Assembly: GCA_964654545.1 (NCBI GenBank)
Contig: CAZZIU010000014.1
Coordinates: 899 to 64,898 of the forward strand
DNA from: an uncultured bacterium
GTDB lineage: Bacteria > Fidelibacterota > Marinisomatia > Marinisomatales > JABMOV01
DNA: 64,000 nt
Direction of reading: 5' to 3'
Part shown: one piece after another, positions 11,100 through 20,587 of the stretch
How the letters are laid out: each line of letters opens with the position of its first letter
How positions within the stretch are numbered: the first letter of the stretch is position 1
Made by a program: the position numbers and the translations under genes
Notes under the pieces: generated by a model
What the model was told of the DNA's origin: nothing
Databases searched by the model: none
What the model saw: the letters and a program-made list of their open reading frames with translations, nothing else

Positions 11100-11962
11100 A
11101 GCAATTGATCGGATTACAATTTTTTCTATGCACTGTGTTATTTGGGACAGGTGCAGGATTTTTATCCATTCCTGCAACGGCGGAGGCTATGGCCCGCGGT
11201 GATCACCCACTGGCATCATCATTTTCCGCACTAAATCCGGCAGGAAACAGGAAGGTAGCAGGACAACCACTCCTAAACATGAGCTATGGATCATGGTTAG
11301 CAGATGCAGAACAAATGACCATTACGTATGCTACCGATAGATTTGATGGCACAGTGGTCGTAAAAGGTCGCTATGTGGGATTGTCCGATTTGGAATTGAG
11401 AACGGAGACTCCAACCGATGATCCATTGGGATATTTCGAAAGTTTTGGCGCCAACGTTGAAATCCAGTATACGAGACGTCTACATAATCTGCAGCTGGGA
11501 TTGGGAATGAAAGCGACCCGCCTGCAATTGTACACCGCTGGTGCAAAGGGGTATGCGTTGGATGTAGGTGTTCTTTATACAGTCAACAAAACAGTTGATG
11601 TTGGTGTGACCATATTAAACATGGGTGGTTTTGAGAGCTGGGGATTACGCAATCCCAGTTTTCCTTTGCGTGTTATTGGCGGAATTGGTGCCAGTCTGGA
11701 GAGTTTGCCCATGCAACCATCATTCATGCTTTCTGCAGAAAATTCATCCCTCACCGATGGCATTATTCTGCGAGTTGGTGATGAATTAATCTGGAAACAA
11801 CTGGTGGTCAGGTCGAGCATGGGATGGTCCAAAGAAGTTTTTGTGCGATCCGCTGGGATTGGTATTCGTTTAGGCATGTATTCAATTAATTACGGTTTTC
11901 AAGTCGGTTCGCAGCACTTGGGAATTCCCCATCTCATCGATGTATCTGTTCTTCTTCCCTGA
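11096..11962 (+). CDS. PorV/PorQ-like outer-membrane beta-barrel protein (divergent paralog)
   Basis: GAGFLSIPATAEAMARGD...SALNPAGN N-terminal signature. Alternating beta-strand pattern. ATGA overlap with the upstream gene. Confidence 0.5.
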   Translation: MKQLIGLQFFLCTVLFGTGAGFLSIPATAEAMARGDHPLASSFSALNPAGNRKVAGQPLLNMSYGSWLADAEQMTITYATDRFDGTVVVKGRYVGLSDLELRTETPTDDPLGYFESFGANVEIQYTRRLHNLQLGLGMKATRLQLYTAGAKGYALDVGVLYTVNKTVDVGVTILNMGGFESWGLRNPSFPLRVIGGIGASLESLPMQPSFMLSAENSSLTDGIILRVGDELIWKQLVVRSSMGWSKEVFVRSAGIGIRLGMYSINYGFQVGSQHLGIPHLIDVSVLLP

Positions 11963-12786
11963 TGAAAAAAGTTAACTATTCGCTGGCATTAAATGTCATT
12001 TTATCCGTTCTGGTGATCGCGCTGGTAACAGTGTTACTGGTTATGCGCCATGAAGTCACCGAACCAGTCACCGGGCAAGAGGAGATGCCAACCGAAAGGC
12101 AACTATCAAAGGTGCCCAAACCAAAGGGTAGTATTGTTATAATTATTGATGATTTCGGCTATCGCAACGATGAGATTTCCGATGGATTCTTAGCCCTGGA
12201 TGTTCCCATAACCTGTGCCATTATTCCCGGACACAGAAACAGCGCCACATTTGCACAAAAAGCCATAAGTGCTGGCAAAGAGGTAATTATTCATATGCCC
12301 ATGGAATCCCATTCTGAAACACAGGGGGAGGATGAGTATATCTTGAAGACAGTCATGACCAGCACGGAATTGGAAAGTCGTATACGTCGTGCCTATAGCG
12401 AAATACCACAGGCAATTGGGATGAACAATCATCAGGGATCAAAAGCAACCGAAGACAGCCGTGTGATGCGTGTATTGGCATTAACCCTAAAAGATTTAGG
12501 AAAATTCTTTGTGGATAGCCGTACTACCGCCAAATCCATTGGAGAAAAGACCATGCAGCGCATCGGTGTAAAGACCCGACGCAGGAATGTGTTTCTGGAT
12601 AATGAATTTGATCCTGCTTTGATTCAGGAGCAGTTGGTTGAGCTGGTGGAAAAATCCGATAAATGGGGATTGGCTTTGGGTATTGGTCATGCCAAACAGG
12701 CCACTCTCAGTGTGCTTGAATCGGAAATACCAAGACTGCAAAAAGAAGGGTATTCTTTTACATTTGTCTCTGAAATAGTGGAGTAA
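11962..12786 (+). CDS. divergent polysaccharide deacetylase family protein (YibQ-like)
   Basis: N-terminal TM helix followed by the blocks IVIIIDDFGYRNDE, IIHMPME and MNNHQGSKATED, typical of the YibQ/divergent deacetylase family. TGATG overlap with the upstream gene. Confidence 0.8.
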   Translation: MKKVNYSLALNVILSVLVIALVTVLLVMRHEVTEPVTGQEEMPTERQLSKVPKPKGSIVIIIDDFGYRNDEISDGFLALDVPITCAIIPGHRNSATFAQKAISAGKEVIIHMPMESHSETQGEDEYILKTVMTSTELESRIRRAYSEIPQAIGMNNHQGSKATEDSRVMRVLALTLKDLGKFFVDSRTTAKSIGEKTMQRIGVKTRRRNVFLDNEFDPALIQEQLVELVEKSDKWGLALGIGHAKQATLSVLESEIPRLQKEGYSFTFVSEIVE

Positions 12787-12861
12787 GTCCGTTTAAACTC
12801 AACTATAATATTTTCGAATTATACATAATCGGTATTTTCTGAAGACCTTTTAAAAAACACA

Positions 12862-14589
12862 ATGGGCATGTATACACATATACGATCGATTATTTCAACC
12901 TGTTTTCTCGTAACCATTTCTTTTTGTTCAACGCAACGGGTTATGACGTATAACACATTGAATTATTCCGGCAGCAATACGGATAAAGATGCGGCATTCC
13001 GGATTGTAATCGAAAACGCAGAGCCGGATATGATAATCGCTGAGGAAATTGGAGATCAATCAGGATACACAAATTTTCTTTCACATGTACTGAACTACAC
13101 GACGAATAATCTATATGCAGGTGCACCCTTTACGGAACAAAGCGAAACCAATGTGGACATCGCCCTGTATTACAAGCCCACTATATTCTCTTTTGTTAGT
13201 ACGAGTAGAATTAATACAACAGATATCTGGGGGAGACGTGATGTAATCGAGTTTGTCATGCGTCATGATGCCTCAGGCGTTGAATTTCGAATATATGGTT
13301 GCCACCTGAAGGCTGGAACCAATTCTGATGACGAAAACGAGCGTACTGCCGAAGCCACCCAATTGCGCAATTATTTGAATTCATTGGATGGTGAGACGCC
13401 ATTCATTGTCGCCGGTGATTTGAATCTTTACGACAACGGGGAGGGGGCATTCCAGGTACTCATTGAGTCACAATCCGACAATGATGGGCGCTGTTTTGAC
13501 CCGGTCGATCGTATCGGAAATTGGCATAATAACGCGTCGTATGCCGATGTGCATACCCAATCCCCGCGAGGTGGAAATTACGGTGGAATGGATGATCGCT
13601 TCGACTGGTTGCTTGTTTCTGATGCAATTTTGAATGGAACCGATATACAATATCTGGAAAATTCATACACCCCCTTTGGAAATGATGGAAACCACTTTAA
13701 TCTTGCCATAAACGAAGGAACAAATACAGCGGTTTCGGCTGCAGTTGCCGATGCCCTCGTGGGCGCCTCAGATCACCTCCCTGTATTCCTGGAATTGGAA
13801 TTTGATGATTTGACACCATCTGAAGCAAAACTTGTCATAACAGAAATCATGCCCAATCCCAGTATGGTCAGTGATACGTACGGGGAATGGTTTGAAGTAT
13901 ATAATCAGGACTCAATTTCCCATAATCTGTTTCATTGGACGCTCAAGGATGCGGATACGGATTCTCATCGCATTGAGGATAATCTTATTATTGAACCGGG
14001 AAATTATATTGTACTGGGAAGAAATGCAGACAGCACACAAAATGGCGGACTGCAGGTTGATTATGTGATCCACAATTTTATTTTATCCAATACGGTGGAT
14101 GAGATCATTTTTTGGGACAGTTTGGGCTACCTGGTGGATGAAGTTGTCTATGACAACACTTTTCCGTTTGGTAACGGTGCTTCCATGTATGTTGCGGATA
14201 TGGAGCTGGACAACAATAATCCTGATAACTGGTATGTTTCCAGTACGCCCTATGGCGTTGGTGATTTTGGCACTCCAGGAAAAGCATGGGACGATACACT
14301 GGGAATTGTAACTGGTTCCATACCAGTATACTTTCATTTATCATCAGCCTACCCAAATCCATTTAATAATGGGGTACGATGGGAGATAGAATTACCTGTT
14401 TCGGCAGAAATGACAATTAAAATTCACAATCTTCTTGGTGAAGAGGTGACAACCATCTGGAGCGGGTATCTTCCTAGGGGGAAACAGAAATTCTCATGGA
14501 ATCCTGTAAATCAGGCTTCCGGCATCTATTTTATTACACTTCAGAGTGTAACGAACGTCCAAAATCTTAAACTGATATATTTAAAATAA
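12862..14589 (+). CDS. secreted EEP nuclease/phosphatase + lamin-tail domain + T9SS C-terminal sorting domain
   Basis: EEP blocks: MTYNTLNY, IIAEEIGD, VAGDLNLYD, DDRFDWLL, SDHLPVFLELEF. LTD block: VITEIMPNPS...GEWFEVYN...WTLKD. CTD: AYPNPFNNG...GIYFITLQS...LKLIYLK. Confidence 0.85.
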   Translation: MGMYTHIRSIISTCFLVTISFCSTQRVMTYNTLNYSGSNTDKDAAFRIVIENAEPDMIIAEEIGDQSGYTNFLSHVLNYTTNNLYAGAPFTEQSETNVDIALYYKPTIFSFVSTSRINTTDIWGRRDVIEFVMRHDASGVEFRIYGCHLKAGTNSDDENERTAEATQLRNYLNSLDGETPFIVAGDLNLYDNGEGAFQVLIESQSDNDGRCFDPVDRIGNWHNNASYADVHTQSPRGGNYGGMDDRFDWLLVSDAILNGTDIQYLENSYTPFGNDGNHFNLAINEGTNTAVSAAVADALVGASDHLPVFLELEFDDLTPSEAKLVITEIMPNPSMVSDTYGEWFEVYNQDSISHNLFHWTLKDADTDSHRIEDNLIIEPGNYIVLGRNADSTQNGGLQVDYVIHNFILSNTVDEIIFWDSLGYLVDEVVYDNTFPFGNGASMYVADMELDNNNPDNWYVSSTPYGVGDFGTPGKAWDDTLGIVTGSIPVYFHLSSAYPNPFNNGVRWEIELPVSAEMTIKIHNLLGEEVTTIWSGYLPRGKQKFSWNPVNQASGIYFITLQSVTNVQNLKLIYLK

Positions 14590-14768
14590 TCGGTTATAAT
14601 GTCATTATCGTTAATCGGATTATTGTTTCGTATTCTAATCCTGACTAATTTGAAATCCTGTTCCGTTCAAATTGTATGCACATAGGATTCACAACATTAT
14701 TCGTCGAAAAAATAAGCAATTTAACGGTCAAATATTTTAATACAAAGCAACACAAAAGGGAGATCATT

Positions 14769-17696
14769 ATGTCTAAAATGATACTCAGTTTATTGGTACT
14801 ATCTTTTTCTTTCGGCCAGGTCACAAATGTTGACTGGGAAACGCAGGTTTATCCCATATTTAGTGATGCCGGCTGTCACAGTTGTCATGGTGCTTCCGGT
14901 GGGTTTACCATTGGTGGAACAGCCACTGAAGCCTATTCTAATATTGTAAACCAAATGAGTTCATGCAATTCGTTGGATTATATTGAACCATTCGATACAA
15001 GTGCATCCCATTTATATCTAAAAATTACTGGCAATCAGGACTGTGGAGCCAGAATGCCCTATAACAACCAAACCTATTTTGATAGCCATACGGATCAACT
15101 TGAATTAATTCAAGTGTGGATTCAGGAAGGTGCCCTTCCGGCAGCAGAAACGACTGATGGTGGTGTCTTTATTAGTGAATATATCGAAGGGTCATCCAAT
15201 AACAAAGCGCTGGAAATATTTAACGCAACTGGTGCTGATTTGGATTTGAGTACTTTGGAAATAAAATTATCACGAAACGGTTTCGGTTGGGGAATGTACG
15301 ATGCGACGACGGCGGAACCAGGCTTTATATATCCATTATCCGGGACATTGCAATCGGGGGATGTGTATGTACTGGCAGCCGATGCAGCTGGAACAGAAAT
15401 ACTTGCAGCAGCGGATGTTGCTCTGGCCTATCCAAGTGTTTGCCATTTTAACGGGGATGATGCCATTGGTCTATTCGAAAATGGTGTTTTAATTGATATC
15501 ATTGGTGTAGAACTCGAAGACCCCGGTTCAGCCTGGGACGTAGCTGGTGAAGGTGCCGCAACGGGAGAACATACTTTGGTTAGAAAAGCTTCTGTGAATG
15601 TTGGCACAACCGATTGGTCGGCTTCCGCCGGTACAAATGCGGATGATTCGGAATGGATAGTTTATGCACAGGATACGTTTGAATATCTTGGTTTCCATGT
15701 CTGGTCTGGTGGGGGCGGAGAAAATCTTGCTCCAGTGGCAAACGCAGGGTCAGATCAAACCGTTGGTTACAGTGAAGAAATAACACTCGATGGATCCTCC
15801 AGTCTTGATCCTGATGGGACCATAGATAGTTACCTTTGGAATCAGGTGAGCGGTACTTCCGTGACACTGAATAATGCACCTACGAGTATTGCGACCTTTA
15901 CATCTCCAGGTAGCGATGCCACTCTGGTATTTACATTACAGGTTACGGATGATCAGGGCGCCACGGATACAGACACCGTTACTGTAAATGTTTTAAATAT
16001 TTCACCTTCAGCTGTATTCTTCAGTGAATACATTGAAGGTTCAAGCTACAATAAAGCTGTTGAAATTTTCAACGGTACAGAAGGAACAATCGACCTGGCA
16101 GATTACCAATTCTGGCAAATTTCCGGAGGTGGAGAATGGCCGGAATATACGATTGATTTGACCGGATCACTGGCAGCAGGTGAAACCTATGTTATTTGTC
16201 ATCCGGATGCTGATGCTGCCATGCTGGCGGTTGCAGATTTGGTTATTACTCTGTATCACAACGGTGATGATGCACAGGGAATTGCCCAAAATTTTGCCGG
16301 TACGTGGATACTCATTGATGCCATCGGGGAAAGCGGTGATGCCCCAACCGGAGGTTGGGATGTTGCCGGTGTATCTCAAGGTACAAAGGATCACACCTTA
16401 GTGCGTCAATCAACCGTCTTAACAGGAAATACGGATTGGTCATCTTCCGCCGGTACCAATGCTTCAGATTCTGAATGGATCGTATACGATGTGAACACAT
16501 TTGATTATTTGGGAACCCATAATCAGAATGCGGATGCGCCAGTGATAGTAAACCTTTCGGCGACGCCGGACTTTGTAACTTCTACGACGGAGTTGGAGGT
16601 GTCGGCCGATATCACGCCAGTCGTAGGTACAGTTACGTCCGCCTCCATCTGGTACGGGACGGATGGTTCTCTTTTGAACGAAGCGGTAATGTGGCTCGAA
16701 TCCGGAACCACATGGATGGGATTAATACCACCCCAATCAGGGAATTCAGTTCTTCAGTTCCAAGTTAGTGGGACTGATGACGCAGGCAACACGGGTGAAT
16801 CCACCACACTGTCCGTATTGGTAGCAAGTTCTACACCAACATCCATCGCAGATATCCAGGCTGATGTCGCTTCTTATGTGGATCAAATTGTGACATTACA
16901 GGGTATTGTAACCATCGGTGTTGGCGTATTGGATGAAGATGACACCAAGGCCTATATCCAGGATGCATCCGGACGAGGATTGAATATTTTTGATTTTGAT
17001 ATATTACCAAATATGGATCGTGGCGATGAACTCCAAATGGTTGGATACATCGATCAGTATTTCACGACGACGGAAATTGTCGATTTTGTATATCAACGAC
17101 TATCCACTGGAAATACGATTCCCGCGGTTCAAGAGGTCACGGTTACACAGGCAAATTCATCAAACTACGAAGGTACATTCATTCAAATTAACGGTGAAGT
17201 AACCAATTCAGTGGTTGTGGGTGGTGGACAAAAAATAACGATTTCCGATGGTGGAGATTCCACTTTTGTGATGATCTGGCCTTCAACCGGAATTGACGTA
17301 ACGCCACTTACTGTGGGATCTACATGGTCGCTTGCCGGTGTAGGCAGTCAGTATTCCGACGAATACCAGCTTTTGGTGGGTTATTCTGATGATATAGTGA
17401 ATCTGGGGATTGATGATGACCTCATTATCCCAACGCAGTTTGGATTGCACAACGCCTATCCCAACCCCTTTAACCCGGCCACCACTTTGACATGGACCCT
17501 GGATCATTCCGGAGAACATGAATTGGCTGTGTACAATATTCTTGGACAGCAGGTGTCAATGCTGAGCAAAGGGTATAAAAATGCCGGTTCATATACATCA
17601 GTCTGGCAGGCGGGAAGCCTCAGTTCAGGAGTGTATTTTGTTCAATTAACGGCTGAAAACAAAAAGGATATTCACAAAATCCTGCTGGTTAAATAA
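14769..17696 (+). CDS. T9SS cargo: PSCyt1-like CXXCH domain + LTD + PKD-like + LTD + NucH-type beta-barrel unit + CTD
   Basis: Start at the internal ATG 14769 (AAGGGAG 7 nt upstream; signal ..SFSFG|Q). GCHSCHG lies at 14874-14888. Two ExeM-type LTDs (VFISEYIEGSSNNKALEIFN and VFFSEYIEGSSYNKAVEIFN). PKD-like block PVANAGSDQTV..LDGSSS.DPDG. The unit IADIQ...VTLQGIVT...YIQDASGRGLNIF..GDELQMVGYIDQY. CTD AYPNPFNPATT...GVYFVQL...ILLVK. Confidence 0.8.
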   Translation: MSKMILSLLVLSFSFGQVTNVDWETQVYPIFSDAGCHSCHGASGGFTIGGTATEAYSNIVNQMSSCNSLDYIEPFDTSASHLYLKITGNQDCGARMPYNNQTYFDSHTDQLELIQVWIQEGALPAAETTDGGVFISEYIEGSSNNKALEIFNATGADLDLSTLEIKLSRNGFGWGMYDATTAEPGFIYPLSGTLQSGDVYVLAADAAGTEILAAADVALAYPSVCHFNGDDAIGLFENGVLIDIIGVELEDPGSAWDVAGEGAATGEHTLVRKASVNVGTTDWSASAGTNADDSEWIVYAQDTFEYLGFHVWSGGGGENLAPVANAGSDQTVGYSEEITLDGSSSLDPDGTIDSYLWNQVSGTSVTLNNAPTSIATFTSPGSDATLVFTLQVTDDQGATDTDTVTVNVLNISPSAVFFSEYIEGSSYNKAVEIFNGTEGTIDLADYQFWQISGGGEWPEYTIDLTGSLAAGETYVICHPDADAAMLAVADLVITLYHNGDDAQGIAQNFAGTWILIDAIGESGDAPTGGWDVAGVSQGTKDHTLVRQSTVLTGNTDWSSSAGTNASDSEWIVYDVNTFDYLGTHNQNADAPVIVNLSATPDFVTSTTELEVSADITPVVGTVTSASIWYGTDGSLLNEAVMWLESGTTWMGLIPPQSGNSVLQFQVSGTDDAGNTGESTTLSVLVASSTPTSIADIQADVASYVDQIVTLQGIVTIGVGVLDEDDTKAYIQDASGRGLNIFDFDILPNMDRGDELQMVGYIDQYFTTTEIVDFVYQRLSTGNTIPAVQEVTVTQANSSNYEGTFIQINGEVTNSVVVGGGQKITISDGGDSTFVMIWPSTGIDVTPLTVGSTWSLAGVGSQYSDEYQLLVGYSDDIVNLGIDDDLIIPTQFGLHNAYPNPFNPATTLTWTLDHSGEHELAVYNILGQQVSMLSKGYKNAGSYTSVWQAGSLSSGVYFVQLTAENKKDIHKILLVK
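15165..15698 (+). repeat. intragenic duplicated module, copy 1 (ExeM-type lamin-tail domain, ~178 aa)
   Basis: Copy 1 VFISEYIEGSSNNKALEIFN...GTTDWSASAGTNADDSEWIVYAQDTFEYLGFH aligns end to end with copy 2. Confidence 0.8.
16014..16520 (+). repeat. intragenic duplicated module, copy 2 (ExeM-type lamin-tail domain, ~169 aa)
   Basis: Copy 2 VFFSEYIEGSSYNKAVEIFN...GNTDWSSSAGTNASDSEWIVYDVNTFDYLGTH is a diverged duplicate of 15165-15698. Confidence 0.8.
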
Positions 17697-17699
17697 ACT

Positions 17700-19703
17700 A
17701 TGAAAAAAATAGCAAGGTATGTATTGATTTTCCTCCCCATTCTATTGGCCGGGGAGGTCGATCATCTCATTTTCTCCGATCTGATTCTTCAACCTAGTGA
17801 TGGTGAATATGTAACCATTACAAATCCCACAAGCGGCGCAATTGACATGAGTGATTACTATATCACAGATGGAGCCGATCCCGGAAACGGTAAATACTAT
17901 TATAATCTCCCTGCCGATTCCAATTATTGGAGCGGATCAAGTTCAGATTTTATAGCACGCTTTCCGTCGGGACTCATGCTGGACGCAGGTGAAACGATAT
18001 TTCTCTCACTGAGAGATGGGGCAAGATTCCAGAGCGAATATGGAAGTCTTCCTGATCTTTCCCTCGATGATGATTTATTAGATGCTGTTACGGGATCGCC
18101 ATCAAAAGGATCTGTTGTTGCAGCAAAGCTGAATAATGCAACTGAATCACTCGTTTTATTTTATTGGGATGGTACAATGCCTACAGTGCAGGATGTGGAT
18201 TATCTGGTATGGGGCGACAACACCTACGCCATAGATAAGTCGGGTATCAGCGGATATGTCAATGAGACACCCCTGGCATCACAGGACGTTTTGCCGGTAC
18301 ACGATGCATCAGAAAAACTAAGTAGAATTAGTGACGAAGGAATCGAGACAACATCAGGTGGAAATGGGATCACAGGGCATGATGAAACCAGTGAACCCTT
18401 TGGTTCGACCTGGACAATTGTAAGTATCACTTCATCAAAACCTGAATTGTCTAATCTGTCTATTGTTCCCGAAGTGCCCACAACTAGTGATCAACTAACA
18501 TTTACCATTGATGTTACCGATGATGACGGGATAGCCAGTGTTGAATTGGTTCGCACGTTTAATTCAATACCAACCGTTACCGAAATGAGCCTTGCTACTG
18601 CTCCACAATATTCGCTCACCATCGATTCACTGGGCGCAGTGGGGCAATTGAGTTATTACGTACGAGCAACCGATAATGTTGGCTTTAAAGATTCCACGAA
18701 TATTAATGCAATAAATATTGTGACACCTCCAGAACCGCCGGAAGATCTATCTATCAAGGATATTCTGGATAGTCTGTCTAATTATGTGGGAGAAACAGTG
18801 ACGATTGATGGGGTAATAGCTGTCCCGGGAGGATTGTTACGAACAACCTTCACTGAAGCCTTTTTGCAGGATAACTCTGAAAGAGGCCTTATTTTATATG
18901 CATCCACGTTGGATACAACCTCATTCAAGCGTGGGGATTCTGTATTGGTAACCGGCGAAGTGGATGAATATAATGGCAAACCGGAATTGATTTATTCTGA
19001 TGTAACAGTATTAAAATCAAATGCAAAAATACCAGTGATTGACTTGACAATTGAGCAATTTAATAGTTTGCAATACGATTACGCATTTGTAGAAATTTGG
19101 GGGAAAATCACCAGTAGGTCCGAACCAACCCCAACCAATACCGGAACAAACGTCTCCATCCAGGATGAGACCGGTGAAACAGCGACTGTACGTATCTGGA
19201 ATTCCACCCGTGTTCTTTACAATGAAACTGGTGATTCAATTCTCCACGTTGAGTTGGATACCTTGCTCCAGGTAGGCAAAGAAATTGTTGTCCGTGGGAT
19301 CGGAGGTCAATATTCCGGAATTGGTCAAATTCAACCGGCTTACGCGAGTGATATTTTTGAAAAACTCGAGGGGGTTGAAGGAGATTATTCCACATCTTTG
19401 ACAATTGCACCGTATCCATTTGTTCCCCAATTTGGTGAAGTAATACAATACACATACAGTTTTCCTGCCAATGCACGAATCAAGCTGCGATTATTTGATA
19501 CGGCAGGAAGGTTAATAAGTACGATATATGATGAGTATCGCACCATATCATTCTACAAAGAAGATGTTTGGAATGGGCGAGATGATCTTAATCAATTACT
19601 TCCACCCGGTGTTTATATAATGCATCTGGAAGTGACCGATACCCAAACCGGAAAATTAACCACGGACATGGCGCCGGTTGTGGTTGGAGCGTACAAGCCA
19701 TGA
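17700..19703 (+). CDS. secreted LTD + Ig-like + NucH-type beta-barrel unit protein with a FlgD-Ig-like C-terminal domain
   Basis: LTD: LIFSDLILQPSDGEYVTITNPT..IDMSDYYITDG. Barrel unit: IKDIL...GETVTIDGVIAV...FLQDNSERGLILYA..GDSVLVTGEVDEYNGKPEL. C-terminus: YPFVPQFGEVIQYTY...LRLFDTAGRL...WNGRDD..PPGVYIMHL. Confidence 0.7.
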   Translation: MKKIARYVLIFLPILLAGEVDHLIFSDLILQPSDGEYVTITNPTSGAIDMSDYYITDGADPGNGKYYYNLPADSNYWSGSSSDFIARFPSGLMLDAGETIFLSLRDGARFQSEYGSLPDLSLDDDLLDAVTGSPSKGSVVAAKLNNATESLVLFYWDGTMPTVQDVDYLVWGDNTYAIDKSGISGYVNETPLASQDVLPVHDASEKLSRISDEGIETTSGGNGITGHDETSEPFGSTWTIVSITSSKPELSNLSIVPEVPTTSDQLTFTIDVTDDDGIASVELVRTFNSIPTVTEMSLATAPQYSLTIDSLGAVGQLSYYVRATDNVGFKDSTNINAINIVTPPEPPEDLSIKDILDSLSNYVGETVTIDGVIAVPGGLLRTTFTEAFLQDNSERGLILYASTLDTTSFKRGDSVLVTGEVDEYNGKPELIYSDVTVLKSNAKIPVIDLTIEQFNSLQYDYAFVEIWGKITSRSEPTPTNTGTNVSIQDETGETATVRIWNSTRVLYNETGDSILHVELDTLLQVGKEIVVRGIGGQYSGIGQIQPAYASDIFEKLEGVEGDYSTSLTIAPYPFVPQFGEVIQYTYSFPANARIKLRLFDTAGRLISTIYDEYRTISFYKEDVWNGRDDLNQLLPPGVYIMHLEVTDTQTGKLTTDMAPVVVGAYKP

Positions 19704-20587
19704 GAAACAACATAATTCTTACACTGCTTGTATTTACTTCTATGATATATGCACAGGTGACATCGGATACCCAGTATCAAGGTGCACGTCAGTTAGCGTT
19801 AGCCGGAAGTGATATTGCCTGGGAGCAGGATGCCTTCGCCGTATTTCATAATCCGGCTGGAGCGGCCTGGCAAAACAATTTGCGGGTCGGACTAGGATAT
19901 GAACATCTCTTCGGACTTTCCTATTTGCCACATATCACCACGGCTGTATCGGTACCTGTCGGGAAATACGGGACTTCCAGTCTTTCTTTTGAGCAATTGG
20001 CTGTTTCCTATCAATCCAATGATTTATCAACAGAAAATTCCCTCGGAGTATCACAGTCATTTTTCCTCATGAAAGATCGCATGACCAGCCTGGCCGTGGG
20101 AATTTCATTCAATTATTATTCAGTAAACTATGGTAAATCGGCTGGTATCTCCGGGGATGGCTCTGATGGAATAAATTTAGGTTCTACAAGTACATACGGA
20201 TTGTCTTTGGGATTCCAGGGAAGCTTGCATGAAACGCATTGGGTAGGCGCCTGGGTAAAGAATATAAACTCACCTGGATTGGATAATGCGGATGTTGTGT
20301 CCTATCTACCCCGATCCATTGCTCTGGGATATTCCTATGCTCCCTATCATTTGGTAAGAACACATTTTTCCATGACCAAATCCGTCGGGAGAATTGGTCA
20401 GTATCATGCCGGGTTGGAGTATGAACTGACTCCTTATTTTACTGTTTTATCCGGTGTGCATAGTAACCCAAATAGATTTGGCGCTGGATTAAAACTTCAC
20501 GTGAAATCCATGAATATTTATTACGCAATATTGACCCATCCCGTATTGCCGCTGGCTCAACAATTCACTTTTGGAATGGCATTTTGA
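19700..20587 (+). CDS. PorV/PorQ-like outer-membrane beta-barrel protein
   Basis: Signal ..SMIYA|Q. GARQLALAGSDIAWEQDAFAVFHNPAGAAW signature. Ends FTFGMAF. ATGA overlap with the upstream cargo gene. Confidence 0.6.
   Translation: MRNNIILTLLVFTSMIYAQVTSDTQYQGARQLALAGSDIAWEQDAFAVFHNPAGAAWQNNLRVGLGYEHLFGLSYLPHITTAVSVPVGKYGTSSLSFEQLAVSYQSNDLSTENSLGVSQSFFLMKDRMTSLAVGISFNYYSVNYGKSAGISGDGSDGINLGSTSTYGLSLGFQGSLHETHWVGAWVKNINSPGLDNADVVSYLPRSIALGYSYAPYHLVRTHFSMTKSVGRIGQYHAGLEYELTPYFTVLSGVHSNPNRFGAGLKLHVKSMNIYYAILTHPVLPLAQQFTFGMAF

Noticed and set aside
19108-19476. Antisense or alternative-frame ORFs of 60-148 aa nested inside long genes. Examples: 19108-19476 (-), 28408-28854 (+), 48296-48712 (+), 61476-61874 (-), 62257-62628 (-), 51974-52318 (+).
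   Set aside because: They lie fully inside genes that have strong family-level motifs in another frame. Their translations have odd composition (rich in R, C, H or W) and show no recognisable motifs or start-site context.
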